64,000 nucleotides of DNA from assembly GCF_009914755.1 (NCBI RefSeq), contig NC_060931.1; one strand, given 5' to 3'. Within the stretch, counting starts at the first letter, position 1. Each line of letters starts with the position of its first letter. Below, piece after piece: positions 22,681 to 37,523 of the stretch. The notes below the pieces were generated by a model that was given only the letters and a program-made list of their open reading frames with translations, ran no database searches and had not been told where the DNA came from. The DNA comes from the human T2T-CHM13v2.0 reference genome, Homo sapiens. Position numbers and translations under genes: made by a program.

Positions 22681-24982
22681 TGTATTAGTCTGGACTCATG
22701 TTGATAATAAAGACATACCCAAGACTGGGTAACTTATAAAGGAAAGAGGTTTAATTGACTCACAATTCCACATGGCTGAGGGGGCCCCACAATCATGGCA
22801 GAAGGCAAATGAGGAGCAAAGTCATATCTTACATGGCTGCAGGCAAGAGAGCATGGGCAGGGGAACTCCCTTTTACAAAACCATCAGCTCTAGCAAGACT
22901 TATTCACTATCATGAGAACAGCACAGGAAAACCCCACCCCTGTGATTCAATTACCTCCTGCTGGGTTCCTCCCATGACATGGGGGGATTATTACAATTCA
23001 AGGTGAGATTTTGGTGGGGACACAAAGCCAAATCATATCATTCCACCCCTGGCCCCTTCCAAATCTCATGTCCTCACATTTCAAAACCAATAGTGCCTTA
23101 CCAACAGTCCCCCAAATTCTTAATTCATTTCAGCATTAACTCAAAGGTCCATAGTCCAAAATCTTATCTAAGACAAGGCAAGTTCCTTCCGCCTATGAGC
23201 CTATAAAATCAAAAGCAAGTTAGTTATTTGCTAGATACAATGGGGGTAAAGGCATTAGATAAATATAGCTGTTCCAAATAGGAGAAATTGGCCAAAACAA
23301 AGGGGTTACAGGCCCCATGCAGGTCTGAAATTCCTGCAGGGCAGTCAAATCTTAAACCTCCAAAATGATCTCCTTTGACTCCATGTCTCACATCCAGGTC
23401 ACAATGATGCAAGAGGTGGGTTCCGACGGCCTTGGGCAGCTCCGCCCCTATGGATTTGCAAGGTACAGTTCCCTTCCCAGGTGTTTTCACAGGCTGGTGT
23501 TGCCTGAGGCTTTTCCAGACACACAGCACAGGCTGTCAGTTGATCTACCATTTTGGTGTCTGGAGGACAGTGGCCCCTCTTCTCACAGCTCCACTGGGCA
23601 GTACCCCAGTGGGGACTCTGTGTAGGGGCTCCAACCCCACATTTCCCTTTTGTACCGCCCTAGCAGAGGATCTCCATGAGGGCTCCGTGCCTGCAGTAAA
23701 CTTTTTCCTGGATATCCAGGTGTTTTCATATATCTTCTGAAATCTAGGCAGAGGTTCCCAAACCTCAATTATTGACTTCTGTGTACTCATAGGCTCAATA
23801 CCATGTGGAAGCTGCCAAGACTTGGGGCTTGCACCCTCCAAAAGCATGGCCTGAACTGTACCTTGGCCCCTTTTAGCCACAGCTGGAGCAGCTGGGAGGC
23901 AGGGCACTAAGTCCCTATGCTCACACAGCAGGGAGGCCATGGGCCTGGTGCAGGAAACCATCCCCCACCCCCACCCCCTGCCCGTGGGCCTGTGATGGGA
24001 GGGGCTGCCACAAAGGTCTCTGACATACCCTGGAAACATTTTCCCCATTGTCTTGGTGATTAACATTCAGCTCCTTGTTACTTATGCAAAGTTCTGCAGC
24101 AGGCTTGAATTTCTCCCCAGAAAATGGGTTTTTCTTTTCTATCGCATTGTCAGGCTGCAAATTTTCCAAGCTTTTATGCTCTGTTTCCGCTTGAATGCTT
24201 TGCCACTTAGAAATTTCTTGTGCCAGATACCCTAAATCATCTCTCTCAAGTTCAAAGTTCCACAGATCTCCAGGGCAGGGGCAAAATGCCTCCAATCTCT
24301 TTGGATAGGGAAGAATGACCTTTGCTCTAGTTCCCAACAAGTTCCTCATTTCCATCTGAGAGCACTTCAGCCTGAACTTTATTGTCCATATCACTACCAG
24401 CATTTTGGTCAAAGCCATTCAACAAGTCTCTAGGAAGTTCCAAACTTTCCAAAATCTTCCTGTCTTCTGAGCCCTACAGTCTCTAGAAAATTCCAAACTT
24501 TCCCACATTTTCCTTTCTTCTCCTGAGCCCTCCAAACTGTTCCAACCTCTGCCTGTTACCCAGTTCCAAAGTCAGTTCCAGATTTTCAGGTAATTTTATA
24601 GCAGCACCCCACTCTACCAGTACCAATTTACTGTATTAGTCCATGCTCACACTGCTAATACATACCTGAGACTGGGTAATTTTTAAAGGAAAGAGGTTTA
24701 ACTGACTCACAGTTCCACTGGGGAAGCCTCATAATCATGGCAGAAAGCAAAGGAGGAGCAAAGTCACGTCTTACATGGCAGCAGGCAAGAACGCATGTGG
24801 AGGGGAACTCCCTTTTATAAAATCATCAGATCTCGTGAGATTTATTCACTATTATGAGAACAGCACAGGAAATACCCGCCCCCATGATTTAATTACCTCC
24901 CACCAAGTCCCTTCCATGACACGTGGGGATTATTACAATTCAAGGTGAGATTTGGGTGGGGACACAGAGACAAACCATATCA
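22681..24982 (-). mobile_element. Full-length THE1 MaLR element (LTR 22681-23040, internal 23041-24631, LTR 24632-24982)
   Basis: Two ~350-bp LTRs (tgtattagtc...catatca) around a ~1.6-kb internal region. TSD gaggg/aaggg. Confidence 0.95.
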
Positions 24983-25889
24983 AAGGGTATACAGGAACTT
25001 ATTCTAGTACAGGATATAATCAGTAGCCTCTGTCTAGAAAAGGAAATGCAAACCAAAAACCTGTGAGTCTCCTTAGATTTAAGTATAAAACAATCTTGTG
25101 CGGGAATCTTCTCTAGAATGAAAATGAGACCTGGAACCTGGGAATCAGGCCCCAATTAGGAGAGAGGTTGCTGCCAGGTCACTATGGAGTCATCTATGAG
25201 CTATGAATATGCAAAATCATGCAGACTGTTTGGAAAATTGAAGTCATTTTATATACTATCTGTAATTTAAAGAATTACTTCATTGTGCCTGATTTTCTAG
25301 AGATGGGATTATTACTTTGTAGGGTGGGTAGAATTTCTATTGTCTTTTTGGAACTACAGACTTAAGATAATACAGCCATCACAGTGGATTTCCTAGACCA
25401 CAGTTCTCTTAGAGGCATTGAGTCCCAGAGAGCAAGAAGAGCACATGTCTTGATCTTGGCTGCCTGAGAATCCTATAGAAGCTTATCATCCTTCTCCATT
25501 CCAAGACACACACAAAGCCCTATAGGAAATATCAAGATTGTTGTCTTTGGATGGTGACATTTCCTCTTTGGTTTTGTGTTTTTTGTGTTTTTTTTTTTTT
25601 TTTTTTCTGAAAGGGTGAAAATGATGCCTTACTTTTTATATTAATAAGAACTCATGAAATACATGTATATTGTAAAAAATATAATTTACTACCAATACAT
25701 CAAGGAAAGTGACCAAAAAGAGTTTTACTCTAGAAATGTTTGAAATGTAAATTGAAGACACTTAGCTAATTTTTTAGTGGTAACTTTGATAAAATAGGCT
25801 TAGGCATGGTTCAGACATGTTAAGATATTTTAAGAAATGTGGTTTAAAACATGCAACTTTTATTTTGCCTTCTATTTAATGCTACCTAG

Positions 25890-26306
<417 letters not shown>

Positions 26307-26587
26307 CCTGTTATCTGTTTCTTCAAAGAAACATTCAACAGCATCATGAATGCTCTTAAATTTTTTCAGTGTATCAGGAAAACAAGGGAAAGCTTATTAC
26401 AATATGATGCTAAAAATTCAGATTGTAATGTTGACAAAAAAAAGCCTACCATGACCTACAGTAGGCATGAGAAAAGACAAGGAACCAAAAAATCACTTTC
26501 TTCTCTTACACTAATCCTTGCAAACAAGTTAACACAGAAACAGCTTTAAGTTTAACAAAAGTAAATGACAAAACAAGCAATTGTAAG

Positions 26588-26810
26588 GTGTGTGTGTATA
26601 TATAGGTATATATATCTTGCAATTGCCTGTGTCTATACCTATCTATATATATACATACCTATTCCCCTACATATATAGCCATATATATATTATATATATA
26701 TATGTATTTTTTTTAACATATTTGGGATTTCAAAAGTTTGGGAGAGTATATATTTTATATATACACACACATACAGAAAATATATATATATAGAATATAA
26801 TATATTCTAA
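26588..26810. repeat. (TA)n-rich low-complexity tract
   Basis: Degenerate TA/CA runs. Confidence 0.8.
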
Positions 26811-27319
26811 TCCCAAATATTTAAATGCTTTGCCTATCTTGCATGAGCAAAGGGATAAAAATGCCTTCTCTTTGGAGTCCTAGAGACCATGTCTCCAACT
26901 TTCATGTCCTGATGGGATGATGTCCTTCCACTCCTGTAAGAACCCTAGCTCTGGCACAACCTCAGCTGTGTATGCTTCCCTCCGTTTCTTTGAAATTTTG
27001 GCTTTCACACAGATCCCTGTAAACTTCAAAGGAAAAGGACAATCTTCCTACTTAACCAACTATTTGTCCATCTGTCCATCCTATGCCTGCCTTCTTTCTC
27101 CTCTTTGTTTTCCATCAACATGACCATACATTGAACACCTACAATATGCCAAGCGTTGCACTAGGTGTTTACAACATGCAGTCTGTTTTCCATGCTATCA
27201 TCTTAAATACTCTTATTTAGCCCTCTCTCCTGAGGAGTACTGCCTTTAGTTTCCATGTCATTAGAAGCCTTTCTCTACCTCATCAAGCTCATCATACCCC
27301 AGAGTAAGATGGAGGTGAA

Positions 27320-27570
27320 AGAGTGTGGCATAGTAGAAAGAGCATGAACTCTGAGAGAATTATCCTTAGGCTTAAGCCTTGGCTTCTCTATTTCCTACCC
27401 ATGTGTCCTTGGATGAGTTATTACTCTCTTTCAGCCTCAGTTTTCTCATCTACTATCTATCTGAGGGTAACAATACTTCAGAGCTGCTAGAGGAATTCAA
27501 TGAAATAACATGTAAATTTCCTTAAAATATGCCCACAGCATGGGAAGCATTTAATGAATAGTAGCAATTC
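27320..27570 (+). mobile_element. MIR
   Basis: gtggcatagtagaaagagcatg..cctcagttttctcatct core. Confidence 0.8.
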
Positions 27571-29600
27571 TAATATCTAAGTGATAGCTGCCAATTCATT
27601 AGATATGGGCATGTTCAGAATGGTCCATTGACTTATACTTGCCCCATTATGTATATATGAGGACAATAAAAAGTTGCCCAGTTGATTTTTTATTGCCCTC
27701 TTATATGTACATGCATTATGTAGACAGCCTGCTCAATGGGTATTTATTATAATAATGAAGTACACAGTCTAATGTTTCTCTTCATTTGTATAAGCTTTAA
27801 GAAAGCCCTGTTTTTTCAGCTTTTTTGGTACATAAATTCATGGCAGTTTGGTTATAATCCCCATCGTTTTGTTTGATTTTCCCTGCATTTCTTAAATTAA
27901 GAAATATCCATAAATTGAGATTAGCTGTAACTAACTCATGGTGTTCCTTCCTTTTGCCATTTCCTCCCTTTCCATCTTCTTGTAATTTAAACTTTCCACA
28001 TCCTAGAGTGAGAAATATGAGTCCCCAGTTTTTCCACAGCTTCAATAAGCAGGCTGGAAAATGTTTTAATGGACTGCTAGAACCAATGACTATTAGTGGC
28101 TTTCCCCCATCTTCCTGAAGGTTTTCCTGTCCAACCCTTCTCTCCCTTTCATGTCCTCCACATCTTATCAGTTGTAATGAATTGAACCCGTAGTAGCAGC
28201 GCTAGAAGAGCTGTTTCTTAGTTTAAATGGTAGTCATACTATTTTGCAACTAAAATTAATTTTATACTCTTTTAATGAATTCTTTATTTTCCTGTTCTGT
28301 TTATTTTGAAATGAAAACTCCTAAAATATTTTTCTCTGTACACCTAGTTGTACCCAGAGGAGACAAGAGATCTAGAAATATCCTTAATGCGTACCTGAAT
28401 ATTCTTTCTATCCCAATATGTACCCAGTTTTTAAAACATTTTTCCCATATGTAAGTGTTATTCAAAAGTTTTCCTAGAAAAGTCATATTCTGGGCATGCT
28501 ATGTTTTTGCTGAAGTGTCTAGGCTTTGTTTTTGTCCTGTCGGGGATATGACTTGTGAGTTTTCCTTTATCTGTGAGAGAAAGTTGACCTTTTGTGCTAA
28601 TTCCATTTCCTGGTGAGTCAGCCTTCTTTCTTTTGGGCTTGCCTATTGCTCAGTGCCAACTCTTACATTCCACTAATTCAGCACCTGTCCCTTCTTAAAC
28701 AGGTTGTTCAAACCCCCATGCTAGCCCCATCTTTGACCCAGTGACTTCTTTGGGTGGCCAGTTATTTAATTTTTCAAAGCCTCTGTTTTGACATGTGAAA
28801 AAAAATAAAAATAACATTATCCTAGCAGGGCATATTAAATAATGCAAATGAGGGTAGCTACCAATGATAAATTTTACTAGGAAGGAGGTAATGCTGAAAT
28901 AATGAGAATTTATCTTATCATAAAAATTTAACTTGTGGGCAGCTCCAAATAAGTAGCAATTTCCCTTTTCTTACTATTTTCCTCCAGGAATTTGGGCTGA
29001 AATTATTCAGGATCCATTTTCCTTCACGTATTTCCATTTCAAAAATGGTAGAATGGAAAGGAATAGAAGTAAATTTGAAGGATTTTCAAAGCTTACTTAG
29101 GAGTTTGGCATGGAGAGGGGAAAGCTGTCACAGCTATTGATGAATTTATTCAGTAACTACTGAGTGCCTACTCAGTGCTGCATCACTGTTTCTATATGGA
29201 AAGGAACTATCCCTCTGGGACAGTGTTTCCTTAGTGGGGTTAGCAGTCCAAGGAGCAAAGCATATGTGTGTTTCTATAAGCAATGGAAAAAGGATACTCC
29301 AAGAATCCTATATATGTAGCTGTTCGCTGATTCCAAGAGGGCAGCTAAGACTTTTTGGAAATAGGAATAGGAATCAACCTAGCACAATGCTTTGCATGTT
29401 GTAGGTGTTCAATATGTGGTCATTTTGAGGGAAAAAAAGGAGAAAGAAGACAGGCATAGGATGGACAGATGGACAGATGATTAGTTAAGTAGGAAGATTC
29501 TCCCTTAAAGATATGTCTCTACTCTGCCAATCTTTGTTAAAAAAAGAAAAAAAGAAAAGAAGATATTTAAAAGTAGAGAGTTTATATGAAGTCTAATTAG

Positions 29601-29977
<377 letters not shown>

Positions 29978-32900
29978 ACTGAATTTTATTGAAAGCCGTT
30001 TCTGCATTTATTGAGGTAATCATGTGTTTTTCATCTTTAGTTCTGTTTATGTGATGAATTACATTTATTGATTTGCATATGTTAAACCAACTTTGCATCC
30101 CAGAGATGAAGCCTACTTGACTGTTGTGGATTAGCTTTTAGGTATGCTGCTGGATTCGGCTTGCACGTATTTTGTTGAGAATGTTTGCATCAATGTTCAG
30201 CAAGGATATTGGCCTGATGTTTTTTTTTGTTGTGTCTCTGCCAAGTTTTGGTATCAAGATAATGCTGGCTTCATAGAATGAGTGGGGGAGGAGTCCTCGC
30301 CCTGCAACCGACCCAGTTTTTTTGGAATAGTTTCTGTAGGAATGGTATGAACTCTTCTTTGTACATCTGGTAGAATTTGGCTGTGAATCCATCAGGCTCT
30401 GGGCTTTTTTTTTTTGTTTTTTTTTTTTTTTTTTTTGGTTGGTTGGTAGGCTATTTATTATTGATTCAATTTTGGAGCTCATTATTGGTCTGTTCAGGAA
30501 ACCAATTTCTTCCTGGCTCAGTCTTGGGAGGGTGTATATGTCCAGGAATCTGTCCATCTCTTCTAGGTTTTCTAGTTTGTGTGTGGAGAGGTCTCTATAG
30601 TAGTTTCTGATGGTTGTTTTCATTTCTGTGGGGTCAGTGATATCTCTTTCATCATTTCTAATTGTCTTAATTTTTTTATTAGTCTATTTAGTGGCCTATC
30701 TACTTTAATTTTTTTTTAAAAAACAACTCCTAGATTTGTTGATTTTTTAAATGGTTTGTCTCTGAATTTCCTTCAGTTCAGCTCTGATTTTTGTTATTTC
30801 TTGTCTTCTGCTAGCTTTGGGGTTGACTTATCCTTGCTTCTTTAATTCTTTCCATTTAATTTAGGTTGTTAGTTTGAGATCTTTCTAACTTCTTGATGTG
30901 GGCATTTAGTGCTATGAATTTCCCTCTCCACACTTTCTTAGCTGTGTCCCAGAGATTCTGGTATGTTGTATCTTTATTTTCATGATATTCAAAGAACTTC
31001 TTGATTTCTGCCTTAATTTCATTATTTACCCAAAAGTCATTCAGAAGCATATTGTTTAATTTTCATGTAATTGCATGGTTTTGAGCGATTTTCATAGTCT
31101 TGACTTCTATTTTTATTGTACTGTTGTCCGAGAGAGTGTTTGGTATGATTTTGATTCTTTTTACATTTGCCGAGGATTGTTTTATGTTTAATTATGTGGC
31201 CAATTTTAGAGTATGTGTCATGTGGTGATGAGAGAGTGTATATTCTGTTACTTTCCAGTGGAGAGTTCTTTAAAGGTCTATCAGATCCATTGGTACAATG
31301 TTGAGTTTAGGTTCTAAATATCTATTAATTTTATGCCTTGATGATCTAATATTGTCAGTGGAATGTTAGACTCCCACAGAATAATAGTGGGAGACTTTAT
31401 GTCTCTTTGTATAGTAGGTCTCTAAGAACTTGCTTTATGAATCTGGGTGCTCCTGTTTGGTGCATATATATTTAGGACAACTATGTCTCTTAGTAGAATT
31501 GAACCCTTTACCATTATATACTTTGTCTTTATCTTTGTTAGTTTGAAATCTGTTTTGTCTGAAATTAGAATTGTAACCCCTGCTTTTTGCCGTTTTCCAT
31601 TTGCTTGGTATGTTTTCCTCCATCCCCTTTATTTTGAGCTTATGAGTGTCATTACACATGAGATGGGTCTCTTGAAGACAGCATACCATTGGATCTTGCT
31701 TTTTTATCCAGCTTGCCACTCTGTGCCTCTTAAATTGAGCATTTAACCCACTTACATTCAAGGCCAGTATTGATAAGTGTGGATTTGATCCTGTCTTTGT
31801 GCTGTTAATTGGTTATTATGGTGGCTTGTTTGCTTTACAGTGACACTGGTCTGTGTGTCTTTGTATGAGCTGGTAGCAGTCTTTCCTTTCTATATTTAGT
31901 GTTATTTTCAAGATCTCTTGTAAGGCAGGTCTGGTGGTAATGAATTCCCCCAACATTTGCTTATCTGGAAAGGATCTTATTTCTTCACTGAGGAAGCTTA
32001 GTTTGGCTGGATATGAAATTCTTGAAGATGATGTTTTTCTTTAAGAATGTTGAGTATAGGCCCCCACTCTCTTCTGGGTTGTAGGGTTTTAGCTGAGAGT
32101 TGCACTGTCTGATGGGGTTCCCTTTGTAGGTGACCTGCCCTTTCTCTCTAGCTGCCTTTAACATTCTTTTATTTTGACCTTGGAAAATCTGACAATTATG
32201 TGTTTTGGGTATGATCTTCTTGTGGAGAATCTTGCAGGAGTTCTATTTCCTGATTTTGACTGTTTGCCTCTCTAGAAGGTTGGGGAAGTTTTCATAGATG
32301 ATATCCTAAGATATGCTTTTCAACTTGTTTGCTTTCTCCCCATCCCTTATAGGGATGCCAGTGATTCATAGATTTGGCCTCTTTACATAATCCCATACTT
32401 CTCAGAGGTTTTGTTTATTCTTTTTCTTTTTTATTTATTTTTGTCTGACTGCTTCGTTTCAGAGAACCAGTCTTCAAGTTCTGAGATTCATTCCCCAGCT
32501 TGGTTTATTCTGCTGTTAATACTTGTGATTGCACTGTGAAAGTCTTGTATTGTGTTTTTCAGCTCTGTCAGACTTGTTAGGTTCTTTTTTATACTTGCTA
32601 TTTCATTCTTTAGCTCCTGGAAAGAAGTCTATGGATTATACTCAACCTACACTCCAGTTAAAGGAACATCTACACACAGAGGTGAGAAAGAATGAATACA
32701 AAAACTTTGGTAACTCAAATGGTTAGAGTGTCATATGTTCTCCAAATGACTGCATCAGTTCTCCAACAAGAGTTCTTAACCTGGTTGAGATGACAGAAAT
32801 ATCATTCAGAATATGGATAAGAACATCATTGAGATTCAGGAGGGAAGCAAACTCCAATCCAAGGAGAATGAGAATCAAAATAAAGCAATACAGGAGAAGC

Positions 32901-34306
32901 TTTCAGTTGACCCAGGGTGCTCTGTCCAGGGAGTTGCCAAGTTGCCACGGGCTTGATAGCTCTGGTGGGGGATGGCTAGAGGCCCAGGCCTGAAAGACCT
33001 GGAGATATGGGATATGGGAACAAGCACCCATGTAGCAGTCTGGCCACTTTTCTGTAGGTCTGCTTCAGTATGCTTGGGGCCCCCTCCAATCCCTAGTCAC
33101 ATCAGATTTTCCAGTACCTGGAGGTATCACCAATGAAGGCTGTGAAGCAGCAAAATGGCAATCTGGCCCTCTCTCTGGGAGCTCTGACCCAGAGAGGTAT
33201 GTGCCTGCTGCTGGCCCAAAGGCACCTGTAGGAGGTGGCTGGAGACCCCAGCTGGGAGATCCTGCCTAGTGAGGAGGAACAGGATCAGGGACCTGCTTTA
33301 AAAAGACGTCTGGCCACATTTTGGTAGAGCAGATATGCTTTGCTGGGCATTTGCTTCAGCCCCTGGTTGCCTAGACACTCCAAAGCCCGATGGCTGGAAT
33401 GGCTAAGTCACCCAAACAGCAATGATGGTGGCCCACCCCCTCTGTGAGCTCCATCCCTGGGAAGTTACTAATCTCTGTTGGCCAGAGAACACCTTTAGGG
33501 GAGAGGTGGCTGGAGGCACCCCAGTTGGGAGGTCCTGTCCAGTGAAAAGGAATGAGATTGGGGACCTGCTTATAGTAGTAGTCTGGCCATGTTTGGTACA
33601 GCAGTTGTGCTGTGTTGGGGGATCCCTTCTGCCCGATTGGCCTGGATTCTGCAAAGCCTGAAGGCTGGAACAGCTAATGTACCTGAACAGTAAAGATGGA
33701 GGCCTGCCTGTCCCCCTGGGAGCTCTTCCTTAGGGAGTTACAATGCTGGTACCAGTGGCTGGCCAGAATTCTAAGCTGTGGGTCTTATCTTGTGAGGTAG
33801 CATGGACTTGGGGCCTGCAGGCTGTTGCTGCTCAGCCCCCTGAATTCAGCCTCTTTTCTATGGGTATGTACAGGGTTCTAACCTCCCACTTTGCTGGAGC
33901 TGCAGCTACTTTTGCTGGAAAGCCCAAGTATCTAAGGCTCCAGTGATTCCACGCATGTCTGAGTGGTTGCTCTGCCAAGACTCCATGTAGCTCTGTCAGA
34001 CTGAAGTCCCTGGTAGACTGCGTTCACAAGGATATCTCCTGTCCCAAGGGTTGCAAAGATCTGTCAAAGAAGCATGGATTCCTTAGGTGGGGGAGGGTCC
34101 CCTGTCTCCGTGTTTCTCCCAGATGGGCTTTGTCCTGTCTTGGTTTTCTTTGTTCTCCATGAGTCAAGTTGTTTCCTTGATTACTCCCTTTGTGAATACT
34201 AGGATGTTTCAGTTGAAGGTGTTGTATTTACTCACCCCTCCCGTTTCTCTCCATGAGAGCTACACACAGTAGCTGCTTCTAGACAGCCATATTGGCCATT
34301 TCCCTC
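29978..34306 (-). mobile_element. Older primate L1 (L1PA13-16/L1PB-like): 5'UTR, ORF1 and first half of ORF2, with an internal inversion
   Basis: EN-domain fragments (NVSGLNA..CCLQETHL; [16 protein letters not shown]) and [10 protein letters not shown]. 5' end reads gagggaaatggccaatatggc..tagaagcagcta on the minus strand. Segment 32620-32896 is in + orientation. Confidence 0.92.
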
Positions 34307-34539
34307 CATTGTTTTCATCTAGAATCCACCATCTTTAAAAAATGAGTTTTCCTTCAACTGTGCATCATTTTATTTTCAAATTGAGCCTATTTCTAGCACT
34401 TAATATTTACACAATTACAATTCATTTGACCTATGAGTCATTATATTTATCTCTTATGTGTATTTATACCCGTTCTAAAGCTTGGTTTTATGGTCTAATT
34501 AAATTAACGGGATATACTTTATAAATAATACTTAGGGAA

Positions 34540-34620
34540 GATGATATAGTTAGAGGACCAGGATTCTAGGTCTAGCCACTAACTAGCTGTGTGAACTTAG
34601 ACAAATCATTTAATTTTATT
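34540..34620 (+). mobile_element. MIR fragment
   Basis: ccactaactagctgtgtgaacttagacaaatcatttaa core. Confidence 0.65.
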
Positions 34621-34727
34621 TAATTCAGAAAAATATATGAAAACAAAGTAGCTCAATCTCACTGCTCACATAACTACTTGTAAAGAAATACATGTACAGA
34701 GTTTGTTCTTCTTTTTTATCATTTCAG

Positions 34728-34794
34728 GAAATGAATAACATGAAGTGAAGTCTTCATCTCCATTCCCAACAGTCCCCATTCTACTTGCAGAAAG
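34728..34794 (+). ncRNA. Candidate 67-nt non-coding internal exon
   Basis: Strong acceptor ttcttcttttttatcatttcag| and donor AAG|gtaaat. Stops in all three frames. Confidence 0.5.
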
Positions 34795-35859
34795 GTAAAT
34801 ATTGTTCATATTTTGTTATGAATTCATTTTGCTATGAATTCTTTACAAATCAGCATACTAAAAGATGTTTGAGTATTTCCTAATAGATGCAGATCCTACC
34901 ATAAAACTGTATGCATATAATATTTTTAAAGAGAAATCATTGTTTTAGAGAACATTTAGGGAGTAAAGAGTACGTGTTAAAATTTCTTTGAAATGCTTAT
35001 CTATGACTAGAAGCATTGCTTTCTTCTACTCTATACAGATAGTAAATTTAAAGGCACATTTGGGGACAGGATTGTGGGTTTTCTCAAATAACCTTCTTAA
35101 ATAGGTAGAGAAAGCACCTCTAGTCTTGGTTTTTTAGAGAAATTTTTAATATTATGTTCAATTTTTTAAGGCAAATAAAGTAAGCTGGGATATGATTTTT
35201 ATTTATCAAGGTAATTATTTTCCCTAAAGTTTAAAGAAAACTTGAAGGAACAAATAGGTGTAGCTGGAGCAAGTTTATTGAGGTATAGATACACCACACC
35301 ACTAATTTCATAGTGTAGACAGTCCTCTCAGAATGGTATCAAGAGTTCTTTGAAAGGGCAATACAGTTTCCGAAAGCCCTACAGGAAGACCTGGGTAGTG
35401 ACAATAGTACCATCTCTTCTGGAAACCTCACTCTGAAATGAATTATACTCAGGGCAAAAAGCATTCTTCTGTATTTGTAGGTAGCCTAAAATGTACATCA
35501 CAGCTGCCTGGGCTAATTTTATAGGGCTCGTGGAGGCTCCTACATTTGCTATTCACAATGGCAAGCTGAGCTCAATATTTGAACAAAAAAAGTTAAATTT
35601 ACCAACTGTAGGATTTATATTCTCAGAACAAAAAAATAAATGAAACCTTTAAGGGAGCTTAGAAAGTACAACCATAAAGAAATAGTCATGAGTCATTTCT
35701 TCAGTTAAACCAGCATCAGTACTCAAGTATGATTACTATATTAGAAAAATCATCTTTAAACACAAAGAAAACTTCTGCTTGTGTATATTCATGATCACCA
35801 ATAAAAAGGTTCTACCAAAGGGCCAGTCACCCAGGTGTTCATGTACATACAACAGCATA

Positions 35860-36085
35860 TCATGATGGACACTAGAAGCCGCGCCCTACAGTCTCTGCTC
35901 TTAGGTTCCACCTCTGACCCTCACTTGTTGGGCTTATCTTCGGCAAATCTTTAGCCTCTCTCTCCCTAAACTGCATCATCTGAAAAATAGAGATGACAAT
36001 AGTACTTGGCTCACTGAGTTGTTATGAAAATTAAGTTAGTACATGTAAAACCCTTTTCTGGCACATGGTAAGTGCATGTAACACT
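35860..36085 (+). mobile_element. MIR
   Basis: catctgaaaaatagagatgacaatagtac..tggcacatggtaagtgc. Confidence 0.7.
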
Positions 36086-36369
36086 GTTCTTTTTCTTATT
36101 CAATGTGTATATACCAAGGGAAAGGTTTAAATAAAAACATTAAGTTAAAATAATTTATTCAAAAGCCATGCCACTGTTAAATTAATACAGTCAAAACTAC
36201 AAATAAAAAAAGAACATGCAAAATATTTTATAATATTGTATAAAGGCTTATATGTGTAAGCTTAAAAACCCTTCATTTATGAATCAATTTGTGCATAAAA
36301 ATTGTATACATGCAGAGACTTGGGCCAGAATGGATATTGTTGAATTAATTTCAAAAATACGTTTTACAG

Positions 36370-36508
36370 CTTTTCCAAAACTCTTTAATGAAAAGTCAGC
36401 AAGAAGATAATGAGAAAGGACCAAACAGATGTTGGCTTCTGCTGAAATTTGCCAAACTTTTACAGCATCATTATGATAGCTTTCCGTTTAGGTCACCACA
36501 GTTTAAAA
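36370..36508 (+). ncRNA. Candidate 139-nt non-coding exon
   Basis: Acceptor gttttacag| (weak pyrimidine tract) and donor AAA|gtaagt, in non-repetitive sequence. Confidence 0.3.
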
Positions 36509-37229
36509 GTAAGTGGGACATTTGGATCTAGAAGAGAGCAGTGATGATTAAAGAGTTGGAAACCCAGGCTTAAGAGGAAGGGACCATGGAAATGATGTTG
36601 GTTGGCCAAAAGAGGAGAAGGCTGTGGGTGCCTTAATTACAGTCTCAGTATATATATAATACACCATGTAAATGAACAGATGTTGTTCTGCAATGAAAAT
36701 AGAACAAGATGGGAGCACTGTGGCTCGGATTTGAGAACCATCTTTGTCTATAAAGAGTTGTTGAATAACTAAACCTCTGTTCTCTCAACCAATATCTATT
36801 CATTTCCTCTATTTTTATACCATATTAAGTGCTAACGGTTGATAATTCACATATTTAGACATATTGCATGGAATATGCTCTATAATTGTATTGCAGGAGA
36901 CTTGGTGACCTATACGCATTAGAGCATGGGAAAGACAGGAAACTAGGTTGGTGCACTGACACATTTTGGATTCCCACTTCCGTCTCACAAGGATGCATGA
37001 GTATCCTGAGACCACCACAGAAGATAGCTAGGTGGGAGTCTGCTTGTTGATACATCAACCAAAAGGACTGCCCTGGGGGCAAGTAGAGTGCTTCTTCCAG
37101 CTCAAGGAATTATGCAGTGAGCAGGCTTTCCTTGCAGGCCCACCTAGCTCCCCCAGGGAGGACATTCCAATAACCAGTTTTGGATTACCCCAAAAGACAT
37201 CTATCTATCTATCTATTTAAATGGTCTTT

Positions 37230-37520
37230 CCTGTAAATAACACTTCACTTCTGATACCAAATGTGTAGGGTTTATTTCCAGTTCCTAGCAGACACCAACT
37301 TGGTGTCCTAAAATGCAATTAAATTCTAACACTATCTATCAGAAATTAGATCCCACAAGATTGTCCACACTTCACATGCCAATAGCAAGTCCCAGCCTCC
37401 TGTACTTCTGACTGACCAGCTATACACTGGGAGTTTCCATAACTCTCATCTCAGTTTCAGTAATTTGCTAGAATAGCTTACAGAACTCAACATTTACTCA
37501 ATTTACCAGTCTATTAAAAA
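37230..37520. mobile_element. MER21-like LTR fragment
   Basis: cacttctgataccaaatgtgt..gacaccaac..ggtgtccta..taatttgctagaatagcttacagaactca. Confidence 0.7.
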
Positions 37521-37523
37521 TAG

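Noticed and set aside
23224-24418. Cluster of 100-173-aa ORFs
   Set aside because: All lie in the THE1 internal region and are decayed MaLR ORF pieces or antisense frames.
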